From Myxococcales bacterium (lineage in GTDB: Bacteria; Myxococcota_A; Polyangia; Polyangiales; DASUME01): a DNA stretch of 64,000 nt. The position numbers and the translations under genes were made by a program. The notes below the pieces were generated by a model that was not told where the DNA came from, made no database searches, and saw nothing but the letters and a program-made list of their open reading frames with translations. The stretch's first letter is position 1, and each line of letters opens with the position of its first letter. This document shows, piece by piece, positions 49,408 through 59,031 of this stretch. The stretch covers positions 3,712,001 through 3,776,000 of the forward strand of contig JASGJH010000001.1 of NCBI GenBank assembly GCA_047601445.1, read 5' to 3'.

Positions 49408-50298
49408 ATGTCGAAGCGCGCTTGGTCATCGCTAGCGATGCTCTCGCTCCTGGCTGGATGCCAGTGGATCGCGGACTACGACGACTTCTCGGCGGAGCCG
49501 GCGGTCGCGCCCCATCGCTGCGCCCATCTGCCACTGCGAAAGTCGGACCCCGCAGGGGTCATGATCCGCGTCGACGTGCCGGGCGGCCTGTGCGTCTGGA
49601 TCGACCAGGACGAGGTGACAGTCGACAAGTACGGCGCTTGGCGCGCCGATCCGAAGGCCGCCCAGCCGCGCTGGGACCCGGACTTCTGCCCCTGGAAGGT
49701 CAGCGCGAGCAACCCTGCGGTGGACCCAGACGATGCCTGCGCCGAAGAAGCCGAGGCCACTGGGACCCCCGCATTCGTCGCGGATCGACCCATCCGCTGT
49801 GTCGATTGGTGTGACGCGGAAGCCTACTGTCGTTGGGCCGGCAAGCGCTTGTGCTTCGACAACTCTCAATACGGCACGCAAATCCCCCGCAACATGGCGC
49901 GCGAGTGGACCTTTGCCTGCAACAACGGAGAGACCACGCAGTACCCGTGGGGCACGGACTACGCAGGCAACATTTGCAACGCCGATCAAAGCAGCGAGAG
50001 CACGGTGGCCGTCGAGCGCGGCGTCACGAACTCGGGCTGGAACGTGGACTGCGTGAACGAGCGCGGCGCGCGCGACCTGCTGGGCAACGTCGCGGAGTGG
50101 ACCTACGGCTGCAACATCACGGTGCCGGAGGGCAACGGCGTGAGGCCGTGCCTCACCAAGGGCGGTTCCTACGACGATCCGCTAATGGCCTGCGTCGACG
50201 AGCTCACGTTGCCAAACGATACGCGCTCACCCCAGGTGGGCTTCCGCTGCTGCGCGAGCCTCACGCCCGAGGAAGCTCTGCTCGTCACTCCACAGTGA
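49408..50298 (+). CDS. SUMF1/FGE-sulfatase domain lipoprotein
   Basis: LAGC lipobox; VDWCDAEAYCRWAGKRL; YPWG; DLLGNVAEW; GFRCC. Confidence 0.88.
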   Translation: MSKRAWSSLAMLSLLAGCQWIADYDDFSAEPAVAPHRCAHLPLRKSDPAGVMIRVDVPGGLCVWIDQDEVTVDKYGAWRADPKAAQPRWDPDFCPWKVSASNPAVDPDDACAEEAEATGTPAFVADRPIRCVDWCDAEAYCRWAGKRLCFDNSQYGTQIPRNMAREWTFACNNGETTQYPWGTDYAGNICNADQSSESTVAVERGVTNSGWNVDCVNERGARDLLGNVAEWTYGCNITVPEGNGVRPCLTKGGSYDDPLMACVDELTLPNDTRSPQVGFRCCASLTPEEALLVTPQ

Positions 50299-51016
50299 AT
50301 TCGTAGCGCGTGTCAGTGGCGAAGTCGGGGGCGCTCGGCGTGTCGTTCTTCGAGCGTCCGCCGAACTCGATCACGTGCTTGCCCGGCGCGAGCGGCGCCA
50401 GCATGACCCACGTCCCTTGCACGTTTCCGTAGAAGTCACCGTTCACCCCCTCCACGCCGATGCAGTTGTAGGCATTGGGCTCGGTGTAATTCAATTCGTA
50501 GGGCGTGGCCTCGGTCATCGTTCCGGCCTGCACGTCCATGATCTCCTGGCCGTCCACGCGCGCGTACATGCTCGGCAAGATGAAGGCCGCTGCGCCGCCC
50601 TCCACGTAGGCCTTGTTGTCTGCGGGGCTCAGCTGCTGCTCGGGAGGCAAGCCCGCGGTATCGGCCCAGGTGTTGAGCAGCGGGAAGAACAGCGCAGCGC
50701 CCTTGGGAACCTTGCACTCACGGCGCGTGACGGGCCCGCCCAGCGATCCCACCAGGAAGAACACCGGACTGCTCGGATCTTGGCCCTCGGTGCAGTGCGC
50801 GCCTGTGGGGTCCCTGAGCGGATCGTGGCAACCAGGCGGGGCGAACGAATAGATGTAGCGGACCCAGTCGCTTGCCCACTCGGCGTAGGTCTTGCCGTAG
50901 GGCATGCCTTGGGGGTCGAGGAGCTCGTAGCCTGGTTGTTCGGGAGCTTCGTCGCCGCAGGCGCCTGCCAGGCAGGCGAGCGAGACAGCCCACACGCGGA
51001 AGTGGCGCTGCATCAT
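50285..51016 (-). CDS. hypothetical lipoprotein
   Basis: AGAC lipobox; PYGKTYAEW...PVFFLVG...LFFPLLN...LAPGKHVIEFGG. Confidence 0.7.
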   Translation of the reverse strand: MMQRHFRVWAVSLACLAGACGDEAPEQPGYELLDPQGMPYGKTYAEWASDWVRYIYSFAPPGCHDPLRDPTGAHCTEGQDPSSPVFFLVGSLGGPVTRRECKVPKGAALFFPLLNTWADTAGLPPEQQLSPADNKAYVEGGAAAFILPSMYARVDGQEIMDVQAGTMTEATPYELNYTEPNAYNCIGVEGVNGDFYGNVQGTWVMLAPLAPGKHVIEFGGRSKNDTPSAPDFATDTRYEFTVE

Positions 51017-51034
51017 GTAAGGATCTCGGATTCG

Positions 51035-52319
51035 TTAGAGAAGCGGAGGCTCGTATACTGCGCGAACCTTCCTGGCAGGCAACGGCCGACGTAACCTTTT
51101 TGGTTCGGCCTCTCGGGAAGCGGACTCGGGCGGGCTCCCAGCAGGCGGCTCCACGGCCTGGACGGGCTCCACGGTCTGCGCGGGCTCGGAGCCCAGGGTG
51201 ATGATGTTTGGCACCGGGGGCACCGGGACGGATGTGTCGAGCGGCGCTTGCGAGGGCTGACGATCCCCCTCGTGGGCTTCGGCGCGCTGGACCGGGCCTG
51301 CGCTCGGACGCCCTAGCAGCCAGCCCGTAGCGGCCACCAGGAGCGTGAGGAGCGCGAGTCCCCAGGCGAGCTTGGACCTGCTGGCCCGGCGCGCCCCAGA
51401 CATCACCCGGATCCCCGACTCTTCGTCGATTCGCGCCAGTTGGCGGAAGGGCAACAGCGTCGATCGCAGCTGCTCGAGCGTGGCGAAGCGCGCCCGCGCA
51501 TCGCGCGCCATGGCGCGTGCGATGGCGGCCTCGAGCTCGGGTGCGATGGAAGGCACATGCTCCCGCAGTGGCTTGGGGGTGCCCGCGCAGATCTGCGCGA
51601 TGAGCTGGCTCAAGCTCTGGTGATCGTAGGGCAGGACCCCGGCCAGGCAGCGGTACAGGATGACCCCGAAGGCATAGACGTCGGCGCGCACGTCGACCTC
51701 GAGCGCGTCGATCTGCTCGATGGACATGTACGCTGGCGAGCCGAGGAGCGCGCCCGGGCGCGTCAGCGAGTGGCCTTCGCGCGAGGCGGGCGTGAGGGTC
51801 TTGGCGACGCCGAAATCCAGCACCTTGGGGTGCCATTCGCCGTCCGGGCGCTGACACAGGAAGATGTTGTCGGGCTTGAGAATCGCGATGGACGATGCCG
51901 AGCGCATGAGCGGCGGCCACGCCCTCCATGGCCGGGACGAGCCAGTCGAGGGCCTGACGCAAGGAAACCTTGCCGCGCTTGTCGAGCACCTGCTGCAGGC
52001 TGTGGCCTCGCAGATACTCCATCACCAGGAACGGACACCCCGCGTGTTCGGACACGTCGTAGATGTCGACCACGTGGGGATGGTGGACCTGACCGACTGC
52101 ACGCGCCTCGCGCTGAAAGCGGGCACGAGCCACCTCGTCGTGGCTACCGGCGTCGAGCCACTTGATGGCCACGAGCTTGCCGGTCCCCTGATTCTCCGCG
52201 AGGAAAACCGTCCCCATACCGCCACGCCCAAGCACCCGCTCGACGCGGTACTTGCCGCCGAGCAGTTCGCCCTGCCGCGGGAGGAGCTGCCAGGGATCGG
52301 GAGCCAGCTGCACGGGCAT
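51035..52319 (-). pseudogene. Ser/Thr protein kinase with a 1-nt frameshift (pseudogene or assembly error)
   Basis: LGRGGMG, VAIK and HRD in one frame; LKPDNIF, DFG, GSPAYMSIEQ and DVYAFG in another; extra base at 51881-51882. Confidence 0.85.
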
Positions 52320-52489
52320 CACCCTAACCGAAAAGAAGGGTCCGAGCACTCCCCCAACCAGCCCAAAAGCTGGGGTAGTTCTTCCCAAAACGCCGATCCG
52401 TCGACCCAAATGAGGTGAAGATCACGTTTTTTTCCGAATCGACCTTGAATCGTCAGCGGGTGCTCACAAAGCCGTTCCATCTGGCTGGA

Positions 52490-53257
52490 ATGACAGCTCG
52501 CTCACGGCTCGGGTTCGGCGCGCTCGGTCTGGACCTGCCCGCCGGGCTGCTACTGCTGGCCTCGGGCTGCACCGGGGCTGGGGACGATCCGCCGTTGGGT
52601 TCGAGCCTCGACGTCGCGGCCGACGTGCCCGCCTACGCCGAACATCCGGTCCAGTCCGCGGTCGACGCGGGGGCGCCCGCGATGGACCCCACCCCGGGCG
52701 AAGCCCGCCCCGACCCAGACGGGCTCCGGGATGCCGACGCAGAGGTCGCCCTACCCGACGACGAGCGCTGTGACCCGGTGCGCGACTGGGGCCCGAAGTC
52801 GATGGCCTACGAAGAGCGCCTGCTGGAACTCACCAATCAGGTGCGCGCGGTGGGCGCCGACTGCGGCGATGCAGGGGTGTTCGAGTCCAGCCCACCGCTG
52901 CGGGTGGAGGGCCGCCTCCTGTGCGCGGCACGCTTGCACTCCCGGTACATGGCCCTGACGCGAGACTACGGGCACGTCGAAGCGCAGACCGGGCTCGACC
53001 CCTTCCAGCGCATCGAAGCGGTCGGCTATGAGTTCTCCGCGGCAGGGGAGAACGTGGCGAGCGGCGACGTGGGACCCGACGAGATGTTCGCAGGTTGGTT
53101 GGCCAGCGACTTCCACTGCGCAAACCTGCTGAGACCGGTGTTGCACGAGATCGGCATCGCCTGCGCGCGTGGCTGGGGCCCCGGTGAGCGCTCCGACCAC
53201 TTGGTCAACTACTGCACACAGGACTTCGGCACGCGGTCTCATGGGCCGGAGTTCTGA
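52490..53257 (+). CDS. CAP/SCP domain lipoprotein
   Basis: LTNQVR; AARLHSRYMA; GENVA; WLASDFHCANLL; YCTQDFG. Confidence 0.88.
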   Translation: MTARSRLGFGALGLDLPAGLLLLASGCTGAGDDPPLGSSLDVAADVPAYAEHPVQSAVDAGAPAMDPTPGEARPDPDGLRDADAEVALPDDERCDPVRDWGPKSMAYEERLLELTNQVRAVGADCGDAGVFESSPPLRVEGRLLCAARLHSRYMALTRDYGHVEAQTGLDPFQRIEAVGYEFSAAGENVASGDVGPDEMFAGWLASDFHCANLLRPVLHEIGIACARGWGPGERSDHLVNYCTQDFGTRSHGPEF

Positions 53258-53715
53258 TCGGCGCGTGCCCGTGGTGGGATGGGGAAGTTGTCGTAGATCA
53301 CCTGATTGCGCCGAAAGCCGGCCGCTTCACGGTGGATCACCAGGTCACGACGGCGACGCTCGGCTTCCTCGCGTTGACGGTTGAAGCGCTCGATCGCGGC
53401 ATCCAACGCGCTCGCACCTGGCGCCCCCCGTCGCGCCAGCGCCAACTCGTGAGCACGCAGGTCGAGCTCGGCCAGCGCGAGGTTGAGCTTGTCTTCGGTG
53501 GCCCCGAGGGCCCGCGCGACTTCGCCCGCGATCTCGTGCTCGAGTGAGCGCAGCTCCTGCTCGGGATCGACGCGGCGCCGGATGCGCTCGAGATACGCGC
53601 TCTCCACACCCTGCTGCGCGAGTTCGTTGGCCAATCGCTGCCACGCGGGTTCCCGTCTCACCTCGCACACAATACCAGGCCTGGGGGCCCACGCCGCGCA
53701 GACGTAGACATCCAC
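53239..53715 (-). CDS. hypothetical coiled-coil protein
   Basis: LEHEIAGEVARALG...LVIHREAAGFR; start uncertain. Confidence 0.6.
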   Translation of the reverse strand: MDVYVCAAWAPRPGIVCEVRREPAWQRLANELAQQGVESAYLERIRRRVDPEQELRSLEHEIAGEVARALGATEDKLNLALAELDLRAHELALARRGAPGASALDAAIERFNRQREEAERRRRDLVIHREAAGFRRNQVIYDNFPIPPRARADQNSGP

Positions 53716-53745
53716 GATTCTGGCTACTTTCTAGGGCCCATTCGG

Positions 53746-55161
53746 GTGCGTTATGCTGACCAGGTGAAGCCAATCGGTGCGGAGCGCCTGCGGAAGATCA
53801 TCGATGCGCAACGGGACATCATGGCCTGCGGGCCCGACGTGATCTCGGTGATGCGGGTAACGACTGAGTGGGCGCGCGTACTCACGGGCTCGACCGCGAG
53901 CGTCATCGAGATGGTCGATGGCGATGAGATGGTGTACCGAGCAGCCGCCGGCACGGCCATCGGCAGCGAGGGGCTGCGGCTGAAGGCGGCGAGCAGTTTG
54001 TCGGGCCGATGCGTGCTCGAGCGCCGCATGCTCTACGCGGAGGACACCGAGAGCGACCCGCGCGTGGACATCGAGGCGTGTCGACGTGTGAATGCGCGCT
54101 CGATGCTGGTGTTGCCACTGTTCTACGAGGCGCGCTGCGTGGGGGTGCTCAAGGTGTTGGCTCCGACCCCGGGAGCCTTCGACGACGACGACGTCGCGCT
54201 CTTGCAGCTGATGGTGGGCTTCATTTCCTCCGCCATGGGACACGCTGCGGCCCACGACGCCGTGCTGGCTTCCGAAAACCGCTTCCGCGGGCTCGCCGAG
54301 TTGGCCCACGACGCCATCGTGACGCTCGATCAGGAGGGGCGCATCACGTTCTGGAATCGGGGCGCGGAGCGCATGTTCGGCTACAAGGCCGATCAGGTCC
54401 TGGGCGGTCCGCTGCAGGCGATCTGCCCGGAGATCGACGTAGCGACCCGCAGCGTGCACCAGCGGCGAACGCTGCCGCCGGTCGTGAAGGGAGCCACCAT
54501 CCCACCCCCTGCGGACCTGCCTCTGCTCGATCACGTGGTGGAGCTGATCGCACGCTGCTTCGACGGCAGCGAGATGCCCATCGAGCTCGCGGTATCCGCC
54601 TGGAGCGTGAACGGCCAGGAGCAGTTCACCGCGGTGTTCCGCGACATCCGCGAGCGCAAGCGCGCGACAGCCGAGGCCATCGACCGCTTTCGCATCGACC
54701 AGCTGACGGGCCTGTTGGTGCGCCGCGCAGGCAATGAGGCGCTGCGCCTGGAGGCCGAGCGCTCGCGACGCCATCACCACAGCTACTGCGTGGTGTTGCT
54801 CGACCTGGACCACTTCAAGCGCGTGAATGACAACTTCGGGCATCACGTGGGAGATCTGCTGCTGCAGCGCGTGGGGCTCGTGGTGCGTCAGATCTTGCGC
54901 GAGACCGACATCGCCGTGCGCTGGGGTGGCGAGGAGCTCTTGTTGATGCTGGTGGAGACGGGGCGCGAGGGCGGAATCGAATGCGCCGAGCGCATCCGGC
55001 AAGCAGTGGAGGCCCTCCGCATGGAGGAAGTAGGGCCTGTGAGCCTGTCGGCCGGGGTCGCCTGCTGTGCGGATCAGGAGGCGCTCGAGGTGGTGATCGA
55101 ACGCGCGGACGAGATGCTCTACGCCGCCAAAGACGCGGGGCGCAACCGTGTGATGAGTTGA
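53746..55161 (+). CDS. GAF-PAS-GGDEF diguanylate cyclase
   Basis: GAF; PAS (WNRGAERMFGY); DLDHFKRVNDNFGHHVGD; RETD I-site; RWGGEEL. Confidence 0.92.
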   Translation: MRYADQVKPIGAERLRKIIDAQRDIMACGPDVISVMRVTTEWARVLTGSTASVIEMVDGDEMVYRAAAGTAIGSEGLRLKAASSLSGRCVLERRMLYAEDTESDPRVDIEACRRVNARSMLVLPLFYEARCVGVLKVLAPTPGAFDDDDVALLQLMVGFISSAMGHAAAHDAVLASENRFRGLAELAHDAIVTLDQEGRITFWNRGAERMFGYKADQVLGGPLQAICPEIDVATRSVHQRRTLPPVVKGATIPPPADLPLLDHVVELIARCFDGSEMPIELAVSAWSVNGQEQFTAVFRDIRERKRATAEAIDRFRIDQLTGLLVRRAGNEALRLEAERSRRHHHSYCVVLLDLDHFKRVNDNFGHHVGDLLLQRVGLVVRQILRETDIAVRWGGEELLLMLVETGREGGIECAERIRQAVEALRMEEVGPVSLSAGVACCADQEALEVVIERADEMLYAAKDAGRNRVMS

Positions 55162-55399
55162 GCGGCCAGGAGCGCGGAGGAGGCGGGCGCGCGGCTTTAT
55201 TGGACGCACGGACCTGGCGTAAAAAGACCAGGAATCCACGGGAGTTCGGGGCGACGCACGGGCACGAGACGGCGCCATCCGCGGCCTTCCGGGGGAAGCT
55301 TTAGATTTGCGCAACATGTGACGGGCAAGCTGATGTGAGTGGCAAAGCCGAGCGCACGCTGGAGTGGGAATCCGGCCTTTGCTTCGATTGGAACGGACG

Positions 55400-56299
55400 A
55401 TGGCAGCTCTGGATCTCAAGCATCCCCATGACTCGGACGAGGACGGCCGCGGACTCGAGGGCGACCTGAAGCTCCTGCGCGCGCTCACCGGCCGCCGACG
55501 CGTGCTCGGCTTGCTGGCCGCCGCGGGTTTCGTTCCGCTGCTCGCCTGCGGCAGCGACGCCAAGAACACCAGCACGTCTGGCGGCGATGGCGATGGGGAC
55601 GGCGATGGCGATGGCGATGGCGATGGCGATGTGACCAGCGGCGGGGATGGGGACGCGGGCAGCGGCAGCGGCAGCTGCGAGACCATCCCGGAGGAGACCG
55701 CGGGGCCCTACCCAGGCGACGGCTCGAATGGCCCCAATGCACTCCTTTTGAGCGGCATCGTGCGCAGCGATATCACGAGCAGCATCGCGGGCGCTACGGG
55801 CGTGGCCGATGGCGTGCCCTTGAAGGTGACGCTCACCATCGTGAACACCGCCGACGGATGTCGTCCGCTCGCAGGCTATGCAGTCTACCTCTGGCACTGC
55901 GACCGCGCCGGCAACTACTCCATGTATGGCCTGCCGAACGAGAACTATTTGCGCGGAGTCCAGGAGGCCGACGACCAGGGACGCCTGACCTTCGAGACCA
56001 TCTTCCCGGGCTGTTACTCGGGGCGCATGCCGCACATGCACTTCGAGATCTACGCGGGCCTCGACCAGGCTCAGCAAGTGAAGAACAAACTGGCCACCTC
56101 GCAGCTCACCTTCCCGACCGAGACCTGCGACACGGTGTACGCGAGCGACGGCTACGAGCAAAGCGTCAAGAACCTGGCCCAGATCAGCTTCGCGAAGGAC
56201 ATGGTCTTCAGCGACGGCTACCAGCTGCAGCTCTCGAACGTGAGCGGCAGCGTGGAGGCCGGCTACACGGCCGAGCTTACCGTCGCCATCGATGCTTGA
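55400..56299 (+). CDS. intradiol ring-cleavage dioxygenase family Tat-lipoprotein
   Basis: RRRVL...LLAC; (GD)n; ETAGPYP; WHCD...YS; YLRG; PGCYSGRMPHMHF. Confidence 0.88.
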   Translation: MAALDLKHPHDSDEDGRGLEGDLKLLRALTGRRRVLGLLAAAGFVPLLACGSDAKNTSTSGGDGDGDGDGDGDGDGDVTSGGDGDAGSGSGSCETIPEETAGPYPGDGSNGPNALLLSGIVRSDITSSIAGATGVADGVPLKVTLTIVNTADGCRPLAGYAVYLWHCDRAGNYSMYGLPNENYLRGVQEADDQGRLTFETIFPGCYSGRMPHMHFEIYAGLDQAQQVKNKLATSQLTFPTETCDTVYASDGYEQSVKNLAQISFAKDMVFSDGYQLQLSNVSGSVEAGYTAELTVAIDA

Positions 56300-56339
56300 G
56301 CATGCGACGTCTCGGGCGGCTTCGCGTAAGATGATCGGC

Positions 56340-57008
56340 ATGACGCCGCGCGTGCTGCTCGTCGAAGACGACCTCGCCCTGGGTGCGCAAATCGAAGCTC
56401 AGTTGAGACGAGCGGGCTACGCACCCATCTGGTGGAAGGAAGGGCGTCGTATCGACGGTCCCGCGCCGGACGTCGCGCTGGTCATCCTGGATCTCATGCT
56501 GCCGGGCGTCTACGGCCTCGACATGCTCAAGAGCCTGCGCTCCAAGACGGATGTGCCCGTGCTGGTGCTGAGCGCGCGCAGCGACGCATCCGACAAGGTG
56601 CGCGCGCTCGCGCTCGGGGCGGACGACTACCTGACCAAGCCGTTCTGGCCCGAGGAGCTGATCGAGCGCGTGAAAGCGCGACTGCGTCGCCCTACCCTGC
56701 AGCGCCAGGATCGGCTGGAGGCGGGGGAGCTCGTCATCGATTTGTCGGCGCGCGCGGCCAGCACGGCGGGCAGCCCGCTCGAGTTGACCGCGCTGGAGTT
56801 CAATCTGCTGCTGGCGCTGGTCAAGCGTGAAGGTCAGGCCGTGGCACGCTCGTCATTGGCGGAGCAAGTGCTCGATCCCGAGCGCAGCAACAGCGAGCGA
56901 ACGCTCGACGTGCACGTATCGCGCTTGCGCAAGAAGCTCGGCGAGCACGCGCAGATCGAGACGGTGTGGGGCATCGGCTACCGCTTCCGGCGCAGCGGCA
57001 CTCCATGA
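56340..57008 (+). CDS. OmpR-family response regulator
   Basis: LLVEDD; LDLMLP; GADDYLTKPF; LDVHVSRLRKKL; ETVWGIGY. Confidence 0.95.
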   Translation: MTPRVLLVEDDLALGAQIEAQLRRAGYAPIWWKEGRRIDGPAPDVALVILDLMLPGVYGLDMLKSLRSKTDVPVLVLSARSDASDKVRALALGADDYLTKPFWPEELIERVKARLRRPTLQRQDRLEAGELVIDLSARAASTAGSPLELTALEFNLLLALVKREGQAVARSSLAEQVLDPERSNSERTLDVHVSRLRKKLGEHAQIETVWGIGYRFRRSGTP

Positions 57009-58591
57009 AGCTGCGTCCCCGGCTTGCGCTCACACTGCTGGCAGTGACGGTCCCGCTGTTGGCCGCGGTCATCTATGCGGACACCCTATCGCGCCAAGAC
57101 GCAGCAGAACGGGCGCTGACTCGCTTCGTGCGTCAGATCCTCAGCGAGCCCGATGTGCGTGCCCGCTGCGAGCAGTCCTCCGACGGCGTGCTGCGTCCCC
57201 CTGCGGGCTTTCCACCGATGCGCCGCCCGCCACCCGCGGGTCCTCCCGGCGGCCCAAGCGGCGGGCCTCCACTCGGCGCACCGCCGGATATGCCTGGTGG
57301 CTTCCCGCCGGATGCTCCTCGGGGTGGCCCCCCGTTCGGCCCACCAAGCGGGCCTGGTGGTCCCTTGCCACCAGGGCCTGGCGGGCCGTTGCCCCCGGGA
57401 CCTGGCGGGCCGTTGCCCGCACCCGGCGAGTTCGCCCATCGCAAGCCAGCGGTGATCGCCCGCCTCGACGCAGCATTCACGGATGCCGAGCACCGCGTGC
57501 TCACCCTCTCATCGAGCCAAGCGAGCACGCTCGAGAGCGAGGGTGCGCTCGGTCTGTCTCGACCGAGCGAACGCGACGTGGCCCGCATCGTACTCGCGAC
57601 GCCCTGGGGCGAAGGGTCCTGCGCCTACGTCCTGGTGACCGGCAGCACGGAGGTTTGGCTGGGCGGCTTCCTGCCCCCCACGTTGGTCTGGCTGCTGCCC
57701 ATTGCGCTGGTCTTGCTTTCTGTGTGGGTCGCAGTTGGGCCGCCGGTGCGACGTCTGACCCGGCTGGCTCAGGCGGTGCGAGCCGCCAACGCATCGGATA
57801 GCGCGCTCGGCATCGAACTCGCGGGCGACGACGAGATCGCCGCGCTGGCCCGAGCCTTCGACGCCAAGAGCCGGGAGCTCTCGTCGGAGCTACGCGAGCG
57901 CACGCGCCGCGAAGGTGCGCTACGAGACTTCCTCGCCAACACGAGCCACGACGTGATGGTGCCGTTGACCGTGTTGCTCGGACACCTCTCCGGGCTGCGG
58001 GGCGCCCAGGAACTGAGCGAGGAGAGCCGAGAGGCCCTGCGGGGCGCGCTCAACGAAGCGCACTACGTGACCTCCTTGATCCAAAACCTCTCGCTCACCG
58101 CGAGCCTCGACTCGGCCGAGCCCCGCGTCGAGCGCGCGGCGTTGGATCTGCGTGCGGTGGTCGAGCGGGTCGTGGCGCGTCATGCACCCATCGCGCGCCA
58201 ACTTCAAGTGGCCCTCGACTACGCGGTCCCCGAAGAGCCGCTCGAGGTGCGCGGTGACGTCACCATGATCGAGCAAGCCGTGAGCAACCTGACCTACAAC
58301 GCGCTCCGCTACAACCGCGCCAACGGTCACGTGGCGGTCCTGCTCGAGCGGATGGCCGCGGGCTTTCGGTTGCAGGTGCTCGATGATGGTCCAGGCGTGC
58401 CGGAGCAAGAGCTTGGGCGCTTGCTCGAGCGTGGCCTGCGCACCGACAGCGCCCGCGCGCGCGTGCCCGAGGGCAAGGGTCTCGGGCTGGCCATCGCACG
58501 CCGCGTGGCGGAGCTGCATGGCTATCGGATCGCGCTGAGAAACCGCGACGAAGGGGGCCTCGAGGCCACGCTCGCGGGCCCTCGAGAGTGA
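57005..58591 (+). CDS. HAMP-domain sensor histidine kinase with Pro/Gly-rich extracytoplasmic insert
   Basis: Two TM segments; HAMP (DDEIAALA); SHDVMVPL H-box; NLTYNALRY; DDGPG; GLGLAI. Confidence 0.92.
   Translation: MKLRPRLALTLLAVTVPLLAAVIYADTLSRQDAAERALTRFVRQILSEPDVRARCEQSSDGVLRPPAGFPPMRRPPPAGPPGGPSGGPPLGAPPDMPGGFPPDAPRGGPPFGPPSGPGGPLPPGPGGPLPPGPGGPLPAPGEFAHRKPAVIARLDAAFTDAEHRVLTLSSSQASTLESEGALGLSRPSERDVARIVLATPWGEGSCAYVLVTGSTEVWLGGFLPPTLVWLLPIALVLLSVWVAVGPPVRRLTRLAQAVRAANASDSALGIELAGDDEIAALARAFDAKSRELSSELRERTRREGALRDFLANTSHDVMVPLTVLLGHLSGLRGAQELSEESREALRGALNEAHYVTSLIQNLSLTASLDSAEPRVERAALDLRAVVERVVARHAPIARQLQVALDYAVPEEPLEVRGDVTMIEQAVSNLTYNALRYNRANGHVAVLLERMAAGFRLQVLDDGPGVPEQELGRLLERGLRTDSARARVPEGKGLGLAIARRVAELHGYRIALRNRDEGGLEATLAGPRE
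57350..57421 (+). repeat. 3 x 24-bp coding repeat (GPGGPLPP)
   Basis: gggcctggtggtcccttgccacca / gggcctggcgggccgttgcccccg / ggacctggcgggccgttgcccgca. Confidence 0.85.
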
Positions 58592-58706
58592 GCCGTGAAT
58601 GTGCCCCCGCAGCTTCAGAGTCTCGCAAGGTTCGCGCGCCATGCTCTCAGTGGATGACGCTTCATCCCATTCAGTGCGCGCCCTCGAGCGCGCGCCCGGA
58701 GGTCCC

Positions 58707-59015
58707 ATGAGCACGAAACGTCGAACGCTTGCATCCTTGGTTATGGCGCTGCCCTGCCTGCTGCAGGGCCTGGCTCTGGCCGAAGCTCCCGAGGGCAGCT
58801 CCCACGCCGACTTCTTACAGAAGGGCCCGCCGCGCCCACCCGCTGAAGCCTTTGCCGCCTGCGAAGGCAAGGCCGACGGCGACACCTGCGAGGTCTCTTT
58901 CCGCGGGGAAACCCACGCGGGCACCTGCATCGCACCCAAGACCGACGAGCTCTTTTGCATGCCCAATGACATGCCCCCGCCTCCCCACGGCGGCGAGCCA
59001 CCACCCCGCCGCTGA
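58707..59015 (+). CDS. small secreted 4-Cys protein
   Basis: GGAGG RBS; signal peptide; PPAEAFAACEGKADGDTC...GTC...LFCMP. Confidence 0.7.
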   Translation: MSTKRRTLASLVMALPCLLQGLALAEAPEGSSHADFLQKGPPRPPAEAFAACEGKADGDTCEVSFRGETHAGTCIAPKTDELFCMPNDMPPPPHGGEPPPRR

Positions 59016-59031
59016 GAAAGGCTCTCGCGGC

